A stretch of 32,234 nt of DNA from an uncultured archaeon. GTDB taxonomy: Archaea > Asgardarchaeota > Thorarchaeia > Thorarchaeales > Thorarchaeaceae. The stretch covers positions 1 through 32,234 of the forward strand of contig CAZLEV010000023.1 in assembly GCA_964558645.1 (NCBI GenBank). The letters run 5' to 3'. The translations under genes were made by a program, and so were the position numbers. Positions 9,771-17,842 of the stretch are shown piece after piece. How positions within the stretch are numbered: the first letter of the stretch is position 1; each line of letters starts with the position of its first letter. The notes under the pieces were generated by a model, which searched no databases, was not told the DNA's origin, and saw only the letters and a program-made list of their open reading frames with translations.

Positions 9771-10316
9771 TTATTGAAGCCCGTCGCTTCGGTCTGATCG
9801 TGTGGTTTCATCAGACTCACTGTATATGTCAGAAAAGGGATGTTTCGCTACATACTCCTCACGCAGTTCAATCGCCCTGTCGATGTCTTCTCTGATTTCT
9901 GGCCGGAAGCCCTCGAGTTTGTTATAGTACTCTCTAGTCTCTGCAATGGCGGTCTTGTCTAGGTTGAACTCGTCTGCCAACTGCTCACTCACATCGAGCA
10001 TGGTTGCATAGATGGGCAACCAGAGTATTCTATCAATTGGACGTGGAACATATTGGAACGGGTTACGTTCCTGTGTCACTTCATGAGACGGTGCCCACAT
10101 GACGAATACTCTGTCATAGATATAGCCCCCTACTAGAAAGAAGACAAAGAGAGTCACTGAGAACGCAATCGGCCCCCAAGCACCGAGCCCGGCGAATATT
10201 GGGATATATCCAAAGTACGCATATGCCAACATGAATGTGCTGAAGAATAAACCCCAGATCCCTCTGATTTGTACAAGTCTCCATTGTTGTTTCATCAACC
10301 ATTTTCTTAGTCCCAT
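9771..10316 (-). CDS. Hypothetical 2-TM membrane protein (one copy of the GxxYD..W..ERNP domain)
   Basis: 181-aa ORF with two hydrophobic segments and SD GAGGATG; paralogous to both halves of the upstream ORF. Confidence 0.8.
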   Translation of the reverse strand: MGLRKWLMKQQWRLVQIRGIWGLFFSTFMLAYAYFGYIPIFAGLGAWGPIAFSVTLFVFFLVGGYIYDRVFVMWAPSHEVTQERNPFQYVPRPIDRILWLPIYATMLDVSEQLADEFNLDKTAIAETREYYNKLEGFRPEIREDIDRAIELREEYVAKHPFSDIYSESDETTRSDRSDGLQ

Positions 10317-10319
10317 CTC

Positions 10320-11432
10320 TCATCCTCTCACTGTTTCAAGTCGCTCATCTAAAGGTTCGAAAACTGCTCCCAATTCAGACCTCAACCTCTGTGCCTCGAA
10401 TAGGTCTTCATTTCGTGTGACGCTCAGTTGCAGGTACTCGTGAAGATACAATGCGAGCCTATCAATCACTATCGTATCCATATCATGGCTCACAAAAAGC
10501 TCTCGTAGAACCGCGAAGAATGTATGGTAGATAGGCAGCAGTAATGCATAGTTTCTGGGTTCAGGAACATAGCTATAGGGATTACGCTCGATATTCACGA
10601 TTTGTTCTGGTGACCAGAGTACTAGCTTTCTGTCATAATACCAGCCCGCAATGGCCATGCCGACGTACATCGGTACAGACAACATCAGTATCCCTCGAAG
10701 CAAGTAATCCAGCGGAACAAGGTCGCCGTAGGGGGTGGAAACCACGACATTCGGGTAAAGAAGTGTAACGAAGAGTGCTCCAAAGATAAGGACATCCTGG
10801 GCCAGCCCGGAAAAAGACTGGATATAATTGACCCTGAGGACCTCGAGCTGAAATCTCTTCTTTGCCTTGGCGCCTAGGCTTGCCTCTTTATTGGATGCCT
10901 TCCTTGGACGATTGAACGGGTGTTGTTCAAGGAACTCCTCAGCGAGCTCTTCTGCTGAGAAGAGATCATCCTTATTCTCAGGATTCCTCCGGAAGAAATC
11001 ATCCAAGTACACACTGAGGTCCAGTATGGTCTCAGCCGGTAGGTTCAGCTTCTTGAACAACCTGTGCAGTGTGTCAAAGATAACATAGGCTGCGGGATAG
11101 TCGATTGCTAGCGCTCTGAAATCCGGCACATATGAGTAAGGGTTCCGCTCCAGTCCCACCTGCACCGACTCTTTCCATAGTCGGGCTCTCTCGTCGTACG
11201 CCCAGCCAATGATAAGAAACACAAAGATCAGAATCACCGCTAATACCAACGCACCGATTAGACCCAGCGAGTCTAGTATTGGGACATATGGTGAGTAGAA
11301 TCTTCCAAGTGTCAGCATGCCGAAAGCGAGGGCTAGAAGAGTCCTGATACTGCCAATGCGCCAATATTGTTTCATCAGCCACTTAGATTTCGTCAACCGG
11401 CGACCGCCTCTGTCTTGCTTCGATGAAGTCAT
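10320..11432 (-). CDS. Hypothetical 4-TM membrane protein (tandem duplication of the GWxYD..W..ERNPYSYVP domain)
   Basis: 370 aa from ATG 11432; longer starts overlap the divergent GT2 gene or its leader. ERNPYSYVP occurs twice, and there is a 3-nt gap to the next gene. Confidence 0.8.
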   Translation of the reverse strand: MTSSKQDRGGRRLTKSKWLMKQYWRIGSIRTLLALAFGMLTLGRFYSPYVPILDSLGLIGALVLAVILIFVFLIIGWAYDERARLWKESVQVGLERNPYSYVPDFRALAIDYPAAYVIFDTLHRLFKKLNLPAETILDLSVYLDDFFRRNPENKDDLFSAEELAEEFLEQHPFNRPRKASNKEASLGAKAKKRFQLEVLRVNYIQSFSGLAQDVLIFGALFVTLLYPNVVVSTPYGDLVPLDYLLRGILMLSVPMYVGMAIAGWYYDRKLVLWSPEQIVNIERNPYSYVPEPRNYALLLPIYHTFFAVLRELFVSHDMDTIVIDRLALYLHEYLQLSVTRNEDLFEAQRLRSELGAVFEPLDERLETVRG

Positions 11433-11519
11433 AATATAACGCTTCCCACGATTCAGCGGTTGTCCCTCCATAGAGAACCGATTATAAGGCACGAGTTCAG
11501 GGAGGTAGACGAGCACTCT

Positions 11520-12467
11520 ATGACAGGTGACACCCAGAGCGATGCATATGTCCCTTTCCATGAGTACTGCAGATACTGCACTACCCGTTGTACTGCACCC
11601 CCATCGACTTCATCTCAATACGTGTTGGTCACTAACGTATGGAATGAGGAACCAAGGATAGAGCGGGCCTTCGAGTGGATGATGCACCAATCACGAAAAC
11701 CCTTGGTCTGGCTGTGGATTGACGACGGGTCTACAGACGGCACATACGAGGAAATCAAGCACCTGTCAGAAGAACACCCCGAACTCAAGGTTTGGGTTGA
11801 GCGTATGCCCATGAAAGAACAGGGCAATCTCAATACAATCGGAAATGCTTACACAGAACACATGCCCGGTTTCATCAAGAGGCTAAGGGGGCAGAGCGTA
11901 GACTATTATGCAATCCAAGATGTCGGCACGCAGCCATGTCCCAACTACTATGCCCGTATCATGCATCTGATGGATGAGCATCCAGAGATTGGAGCGTCGT
12001 CAGGCTATGTCATTGGAGAGGAGCGGGCACGAGAATCCGGCATGCCCATGGGAGACTGTAAGGTGACTCGCTGGGAGATTATTCGTGAGATTGAGGAATA
12101 TTGGCCTCTATCCCCTGACACCTTCGTGAATATCAAGACGCTCAAGAGAGGATGCCGCTTGAAGATCTGGGCCATCCCTGTTTTTCAAGATGAGCCCTCC
12201 TTCGGCACCACTGCACGGGGTATGTTCTATCAGGGTCAACTGAACTACTTCGTGGGCAGACCCTTTCTTGGTGTTCTACTCAGGGCTCTCCGCAGATTAT
12301 TTCTTCGTCGACATGGGACTGATATGCTCAGGGGGTATCTCTACGAACGGGAGAAGCAGACATGGCGGTGCGAGGATCCTGATGTGCTTGAGTTCTATGG
12401 CCACGGACAATCACCTCTGTGGGTAATATGGAACTTGCTCAAAACACGTGGCCGCTATTCTGATTAG
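11520..12467 (+). CDS. Glycosyltransferase family 2 (GT-A) with N-terminal CxxCxxxC
   Basis: YVLVTNVWNEE and WLWIDDGSTDGT; SD GGAGGT at ~11501 before ATG 11520. Confidence 0.85.
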   Translation: MTGDTQSDAYVPFHEYCRYCTTRCTAPPSTSSQYVLVTNVWNEEPRIERAFEWMMHQSRKPLVWLWIDDGSTDGTYEEIKHLSEEHPELKVWVERMPMKEQGNLNTIGNAYTEHMPGFIKRLRGQSVDYYAIQDVGTQPCPNYYARIMHLMDEHPEIGASSGYVIGEERARESGMPMGDCKVTRWEIIREIEEYWPLSPDTFVNIKTLKRGCRLKIWAIPVFQDEPSFGTTARGMFYQGQLNYFVGRPFLGVLLRALRRLFLRRHGTDMLRGYLYEREKQTWRCEDPDVLEFYGHGQSPLWVIWNLLKTRGRYSD

Positions 12468-12774
12468 TGCAAATACCATGTTTCACTTCATCAGGCGGTA
12501 GAGCAGGACTTGTAGACAAGCAGTACATTCTGTGGGTCCTAGAGACTCCAGTTCAGGATTATCGGTTACCTATAGACTCGTAAGAGCGATACTTTCAATG
12601 GAGGTGTTATTGCTCCACTCTGGGATACACCCTTCATCTTCTCTTTCTTTTCCTGAGCGCTTCAGCGACCGTTACCCGTGAGCTGGTTGCACAATTGGCA
12701 CACTACGTTGTCTGAATGCCCAATTAACGCACTTCTAAATCTCGGGAGAACAAACAAGATGGTGGTTTCGGGCT

Positions 12775-12805
12775 TCTCTGGGAGGGTTTGAAACCTCCCG
12801 AGAGA
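12775..12805. terminator. GC-rich hairpin between convergent GT2 and nfeD (putative terminator or 3' stabilising stem)
   Basis: tctct-gggagg-gtttgaaa-cctccc-g-agaga inverted repeat 20 nt past the nfeD stop. Confidence 0.4.
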
Positions 12806-12825
12806 GATGAAGTCTTAATCGCTGA

Positions 12826-13323
12826 CTAGTTATCAAACGGAACTTCAGGTTCAACGAGGAGAACCAGCCCGCTCTTTCCATGAACTCGAACACGTTGCCC
12901 TGCCTCGACTATCGGCCCTGTGGTCTTCGCCCGCCAATACTCTCCACGGTACTGCACATACCCCTCTTGCGTCGGTCCCAGCCGATCCATCGTTCGGCCG
13001 ACGCCGCCGATGAAGTCAAGGTTCATGGGTGGTTGCTCCTTCACCTGTGAGATCTTGTACAGCAAGAACAACGAGAAACACGAGAAGATTGCTGTCACCG
13101 CCACAAGCACCAGAGACAGTCCTGGCAGCCATACCGGTGGAGTGGGCCAGACCAAGGGCGTCACCATGAACCATAGAGCGGTTCCTGTGATCAGAAAGAA
13201 GACGGCAGCTGGCCCGAAGCACTCTGCCTCTTCTGACACAAGCTCTGCCACCACCAACGCCAGACCCAGCGCTATGAGTGTGATTGCAGTGAACGCCCAC
13301 CCGATTCCAAGCACTTGCATCAT
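12826..13323 (-). CDS. nfeD: NfeD-family membrane protein (short form, C-terminal OB fold)
   Basis: Three TM segments, then IGGVG...EGYVQYRGEYWRA...GQRVRV...GLVLLVEP; adjacent to an SPFH gene. Confidence 0.88.
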   Translation of the reverse strand: MMQVLGIGWAFTAITLIALGLALVVAELVSEEAECFGPAAVFFLITGTALWFMVTPLVWPTPPVWLPGLSLVLVAVTAIFSCFSLFLLYKISQVKEQPPMNLDFIGGVGRTMDRLGPTQEGYVQYRGEYWRAKTTGPIVEAGQRVRVHGKSGLVLLVEPEVPFDN

Positions 13324-13338
13324 CTTTCTTCCTCCTTT

Positions 13339-14145
13339 CTAGCCCGTGTCCCTTTTCTGTCTCTTTGCCGCCTCGGCTACGGCGAACATGTGTCCAATCT
13401 CTTCGGCGTTCCCGGTGGTAGTGACCACTACCAGGTTCTTCTCTCGCGCAATCTCTTGAAGAGTCTGCAACTCTCGAATCTTTAGAGTGATTGGGCTTGC
13501 AGCGTACATCTCTGCCGCCTTGACCATCTTCTCTGCCGCCATGTACTCTCCCTCGGCAATGATGATGCGGGCTCGACGTTCTCGTTCAGCCTCAGCCTGC
13601 TTTGCTATGGCTCGCTGCATCTCTGTAGGCAGAATGACGTCACTGATGGCCACATCGCTCACTTTGATCCCCCAGTGGTCTGTCTTCTCATCGATCTCCT
13701 CTTGGATTCTGAGTGTCAAGTCCTGTGTGCGGGTCAGGAGGTCGTCCAAGTCCACTGTGCCAAGAACGTCTCGTAGAACAGTCTTGGCTAGATTCCGGAT
13801 TGCGGAGATGTAGTTCTCAATCTCCAGTACAGCAAGCTTCGGATCCACAACTCGATAGAAGACGAATGAGTCCACATCACATCTGATGTTGTCTTTCGTG
13901 ATCACTTTGATTGTGCGTGCGTCGTATGTCACTGTGCGCAGGTCCACCACCTGTAGTTTGTCAAGTCCGGGGATGATTAGAAACAATCCTGGTCCCTTTA
14001 TTCCAACAAATCTACCCATGCGGAATATCACCGCTCGCTCGTATTCCTTAACAATCCGTACGGACATCGCGATGAGCAGGATGACGAGAAATCCGATGAA
14101 AAACAGTCCCATGGTTATGTAGAATGGCAGCGCTTCTATTTGCAT
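13339..14145 (-). CDS. Stomatin-like SPFH/band-7 (slipin) protein
   Basis: IVKEYERAVIFRMGR, GPGLFLIIP, VDLRT, ITKDN, WGIKV and MQRAIAKQAEAERERRARIIIAEGE. Confidence 0.95.
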   Translation of the reverse strand: MQIEALPFYITMGLFFIGFLVILLIAMSVRIVKEYERAVIFRMGRFVGIKGPGLFLIIPGLDKLQVVDLRTVTYDARTIKVITKDNIRCDVDSFVFYRVVDPKLAVLEIENYISAIRNLAKTVLRDVLGTVDLDDLLTRTQDLTLRIQEEIDEKTDHWGIKVSDVAISDVILPTEMQRAIAKQAEAERERRARIIIAEGEYMAAEKMVKAAEMYAASPITLKIRELQTLQEIAREKNLVVVTTTGNAEEIGHMFAVAEAAKRQKRDTG

Positions 14146-14180
14146 TTTGATACTCCCGTCTTATCATACACGCGAAATCC

Positions 14181-14186
14181 TATAAA
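14181..14186 (-). promoter_or_regulatory. Putative TATA box of the SPFH-nfeD operon
   Basis: TTTATA on the minus strand ~36 nt upstream of ATG 14145; SD GGGAG at 14153-14157. Confidence 0.5.
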
Positions 14187-14315
14187 CTATTCTTCGAATT
14201 TTCCACGAATCGCGCAGCAGTCAAGCATATTTGTTCCCCGGAGATTCCTATAGCTCACTCTCATTTTTGATGTAGCAGAACTCCCCGTTGTGCCGCGGAT
14301 GTAGTCAGTATTCAT

Positions 14316-14780
14316 CTATATCGGAAGATTGGGAGTCTCTTTCACTCGTCTGAATACAGAGATGGTCTTTGTCTTTGTTATACCCTCAACGTTTCTCAGC
14401 CGTCTTATCACGAAGTTGCCGACATCTTCGATGCTCCGAGATCTTATCTTCAGTAACAGGTCCCAGTCCCCAGCGATGATGTAGACTTCAGATATCTCTG
14501 GAAACTCGGACAGTCTCTCAGCCACGACCTCTTGGGAGAACTCAGAGCCGGGAGGATATCCCACAGACACCAGCACGAGAGCTGTAGTTGGCAGCCCCAC
14601 TTCGGTCTCGTTCAGTATTGCCGTATAGCCCTTGATTATGCCTCGTTCCTCCATGCGTTTCACCTTATCGTAGGCAGTGGTTGCAGGGATGCCGAGTGTT
14701 TTTGCAATCTTTGTGATCGGTTGTCTACAGTCCTGTTGCAGCAACCGCAGGAGTTTCAGGTCGGTTTCGCTGAGTTCCAT
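14316..14780 (-). CDS. Lrp/AsnC family transcriptional regulator
   Basis: MELSETDLKLLRLLQQDCR HTH, KRMEERGIIKGY and IAGDWDLLLKI RAM domain; start ATG 14780. Confidence 0.95.
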   Translation of the reverse strand: MELSETDLKLLRLLQQDCRQPITKIAKTLGIPATTAYDKVKRMEERGIIKGYTAILNETEVGLPTTALVLVSVGYPPGSEFSQEVVAERLSEFPEISEVYIIAGDWDLLLKIRSRSIEDVGNFVIRRLRNVEGITKTKTISVFRRVKETPNLPI

Positions 14781-14786
14781 GACAAC

Positions 14787-14862
14787 CGTATTAATTACGC
14801 CATTGCAGATAATATTTGTGCTAATTACGGAACCATTACGATTATCTCGTGGTAAGTTATAA
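14787..14862. promoter_or_regulatory. Divergent Lrp/asnA control region with candidate operators and TATA
   Basis: CGTA-TTAAT-TACG palindrome 14787-14799; ATTACG at 14794, 14824 and 14835; TTATAA at 14857-14862. Confidence 0.5.
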
Positions 14863-14925
14863 TTGCCTTCCGCTCTGCTTGTAGTCAGGTGAACAGAATG
14901 ACGAAGGCGAGATACGGAGCGGACT

Positions 14926-15900
14926 ATGAAAACCTTCAGCACTGCTCATATTGAAGACTATCTAGCTGTAAGGTCTGAGCGGGCCAAAGCCATGCTCAAG
15001 GTACAGCACAGCGTGATGTCAGGCATCAGGTCGTTTCTCGAAGACCGTGGTTTTGTTGAAGTTGCGCCAGTGATACTCAGCCCTGTGACCGACCCGGGAA
15101 TCCGAGGCGCAGAAACGGCGTCCGTCGACTTCTATGGTACGAAGTATCGACTCACAACGAGTATGATACTGCAGAAGCAGATGCTTGTTTCGGCTCTCGA
15201 TAAGATCTTCATCTTCTCTCCATGCATCCGTCTAGAGAAACATCTCACAAAGCGACATCTTGCTGAGTTTCTGCAGGTTGATGTAGAGGTCGCACACGGT
15301 TCCCGCGATGAAATTATGACTCTGGCTGAGAACCTTGTTGCCGCCGCAATCAGGAGTGTCAAGAAGACCTCTGCTTCTGAACTCGAAATACTGAACAGAA
15401 GAATCAAGGTACCAAGGACTCCTTTCAAGAGGATCAGACATCAGGAGGCAGTGACTATGGCAAGAGAGCTGAGCTGCCCTAGCGACGTCGAAGGTGAGTT
15501 GTCCTTTGAGGCTGAGACTGCGCTTTCCTTGCAGCACGGAGAACCGCTGTGGATTGTGGACTACCCGGTTGAAGCGAGAGGTTTCTACTACAGGAGCCAT
15601 CCGGGCAATCCGGGAGAACTCAGGGACTTCGACCTCATCTTCCCTGAGGGGTTTGGCGAAGGGATTTCTGGCGGCGAGCGGGAACACCGATATGAAGTCG
15701 CTCTTCAGAGAATCAGACAGAAGGGACTCGCCCCTCGTGACTACGGCTGGTACCTCAATATGCTTCATGAGGGCATACCTCCCTCGGCCGGCTTCGGAAT
15801 AGGTCTGGAGAGGTTGACTAGGTATGTCTGCGGGCTGGATGATATTTCGGAGGCTACCGCCTTTCCAAGAAGGCCCGCAGCTATGAACCATCGCGATTGA
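14926..15900 (+). CDS. asnA: Archaeal asparagine synthetase A (AsnRS2-like, class II aaRS catalytic core without anticodon domain)
   Basis: SPVTDPG, YRLTTSMILQKQ, FSPCIRLE, RHLAEF, GEGISGGERE and PSAGFGIGLERLTRY; only 324 aa. Confidence 0.88.
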   Translation: MKTFSTAHIEDYLAVRSERAKAMLKVQHSVMSGIRSFLEDRGFVEVAPVILSPVTDPGIRGAETASVDFYGTKYRLTTSMILQKQMLVSALDKIFIFSPCIRLEKHLTKRHLAEFLQVDVEVAHGSRDEIMTLAENLVAAAIRSVKKTSASELEILNRRIKVPRTPFKRIRHQEAVTMARELSCPSDVEGELSFEAETALSLQHGEPLWIVDYPVEARGFYYRSHPGNPGELRDFDLIFPEGFGEGISGGEREHRYEVALQRIRQKGLAPRDYGWYLNMLHEGIPPSAGFGIGLERLTRYVCGLDDISEATAFPRRPAAMNHRD

Positions 15901-16030
15901 AATGAATCGTCAGATGCTTGGAAGGTTGCTCGGTATTGTGATGATTGAAGGTATCAGCATCGTATCATACATAGTATGAAGGAGTCTCTACTGCTCCCTA
16001 GAAGAATACTCCGGACCAGACAACACGCCA

Positions 16031-17044
16031 TCAGTATGGCGATCTCATGAGGGACGGAAGAACCTGTGGCACTGACAGGAACAGTCCAATAAGTCGATGT
16101 CCGATTTTGTATGCGAGAGATTCATTGTCGGGGAGAATCAGGTCTGCAATCCTTCCTCCCTTGAAGAAGTAACTCTGCCCTGGAATCAGCCGCCCCTCCA
16201 GAATTGGTGCGGCGAAGATCTCAGTGAGGCGGAGGATGAGCGTTCTGACCACCCGTTGTCTTACCTGTCGTGCAAGGCGTCGTGCCCGCAGCAGCAACGA
16301 CATGATCTTCTTTGCCCTGAGCGTTGCGTATCCTGCGTCTAGGATGCGGTCAAGGAAACATCTATCGTCGGGACCGAGCCCGACGCCGAGAGCATCCATC
16401 TCCTCCCTGGTCACATTGATATAGCCCGCATCGTAGTCGTTCTTGATATCCAGCAGGTCATCGAGCATGCCTAGTCCCATGCCAAGTGTGTATGAAAGCT
16501 CGTCAATACAGCCACCCAAGTCGTAGTCTGACAGGATGAAATAGAGTTTGAAGAACGACCTCGCCTTCTTGTAGAGAAGCCTATCCATATCACTCTGTGA
16601 CATGAGAACTCCCTTTCTCTCTACGTCACCCCACGCACTCTGGTAGAGATCCATGACCACCTCAATTGCCTCGCCACCATAGAATTCTCTCTCGTTCTCG
16701 AAGAACTGAGAGAGCCATCTGTGCCGCAGTGGTGCTGTCCTGTCAAGCTGGAGGTCTCCCGCAAGACCCCTCTCCACCACATTTCTCTCGCCTTCCAGCA
16801 TCGCGACGGCTTGCGCCTTGGTCAGTCCGGGGGCATCGAGCATATCATCAAAATTACGGATGTAGCCCCATGCTAGCGACCATGTTTCTGAGCCTAGAGG
16901 TTCAGGGACAAGCTGTGATGCATAGGTCAAGAAGTCTCGTTGTCGCAGATAGCTTCGTGCCAGATTCACTGTCGACGTGTAAACAGAAGATGCTCGTAAG
17001 GCGGGAATTTTGTCTTGCATGGGATGTCCATGTAAGGTATTCAC
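16031..17044 (-). CDS. Class I isoprenoid-biosynthesis fold protein (squalene/phytoene-synthase-like)
   Basis: YIRNFDDMLD and LGMGLGMLDDLLDIKNDYDAGYINV Asp-rich motifs in a predicted all-helical protein; alternative start ATG 17020. Confidence 0.75.
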   Translation of the reverse strand: MNTLHGHPMQDKIPALRASSVYTSTVNLARSYLRQRDFLTYASQLVPEPLGSETWSLAWGYIRNFDDMLDAPGLTKAQAVAMLEGERNVVERGLAGDLQLDRTAPLRHRWLSQFFENEREFYGGEAIEVVMDLYQSAWGDVERKGVLMSQSDMDRLLYKKARSFFKLYFILSDYDLGGCIDELSYTLGMGLGMLDDLLDIKNDYDAGYINVTREEMDALGVGLGPDDRCFLDRILDAGYATLRAKKIMSLLLRARRLARQVRQRVVRTLILRLTEIFAAPILEGRLIPGQSYFFKGGRIADLILPDNESLAYKIGHRLIGLFLSVPQVLPSLMRSPY

Positions 17045-17123
17045 TCAAGGTCATTTGTACCTTCCCCTAGGTATAAGATTCATCGGAACTATCGTGGGAG
17101 TGAAGAAAGGGGCGACAAGCGTT

Positions 17124-17636
17124 CTATTGACCGAGCCTTGCCCGTGCAGTCCGCCGAATCTCTTCAATCGCCTCAATAATGCCTTCGTAGTGCTCTACTA
17201 GTTCGTCCTCTTTGAGTTGGATGGCGTGTGCCTTTGCTTGGTCCAGCAGGGCTATCACTTCAGTGGAGTTTCTCAGAATCTCCTGGTCGAGCTTTCGTTT
17301 CTTCTTGTCAGCAAGATTTTCGTCATATTCTCCTACCGTCTTGGCAAGCTTTGTTCGCTCTTTGGCGATCTTCTTCTCAAGTTTACGGATATGCTTCTTG
17401 TCTGCATCCGCCTCAACCACAGGCACCTCTCTATACTCATCCTTCTTCTCGAGGCCGAGTATTCTCTTCAGGTCACTTCTGAAGAAGCTGACAATCAGGC
17501 CAACGAAAACCGCGAAGACGCCTGCGATGAAACCCCCGATGCTTGATAATTGATAGGCAATGATGCTAATAACTGTGAGAATGACAATGAGCCCAAGCAG
17601 ACCTCTCCAAGGGATGTTCGATGCTTTATCGTTCAA
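17124..17636 (-). CDS. Hypothetical protein, 2 N-terminal TM helices plus charged helical/coiled-coil domain
   Basis: TTG 17636 with SD GGGAG at 17644-17648; hydrophobic hairpin followed by K/E-rich helices. Confidence 0.75.
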   Translation of the reverse strand: MNDKASNIPWRGLLGLIVILTVISIIAYQLSSIGGFIAGVFAVFVGLIVSFFRSDLKRILGLEKKDEYREVPVVEADADKKHIRKLEKKIAKERTKLAKTVGEYDENLADKKKRKLDQEILRNSTEVIALLDQAKAHAIQLKEDELVEHYEGIIEAIEEIRRTARARLGQ

Positions 17637-17842
17637 CGTTGTTCTCCCACTTGACGAGCGGAGGGCGTATTGCATTTAAGTTTCTTCTGAAATGCCTTTA
17701 GGTATGTGGGCACTGCGCCCGCTCTCTCTGTATCTCAATAGTTAGGCCATCTGTCAATGTGGAACCATGCAGGCACGATACCGTTCAGTAACGACCATTC
17801 AGATAGTTTCACTGACTCCTTCTCCAATCCATCTCCTATCCC

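Noticed and set aside
11433-11561. Extended starts making the 413-aa and 335-aa ORFs overlap head-to-head
   Set aside because: Downstream ATGs (11432, 11520) give a clean divergent gap, and ATG 11520 has an SD site.
11550-11600. Radical SAM motif in the GT2 N-terminus
   Set aside because: Spacing is CxxCxxxC, not CxxxCxxC, and no TIM-barrel domain follows.
14781-14942. 54-aa N-terminal extension of the Lrp ORF
   Set aside because: It spans the AT-rich promoter and overlaps asnA; the Lrp fold begins at ATG 14780.
14926-15900. Asparaginyl/aspartyl-tRNA synthetase call
   Set aside because: No N-terminal OB anticodon-binding domain; size and motifs fit archaeal asparagine synthetase.
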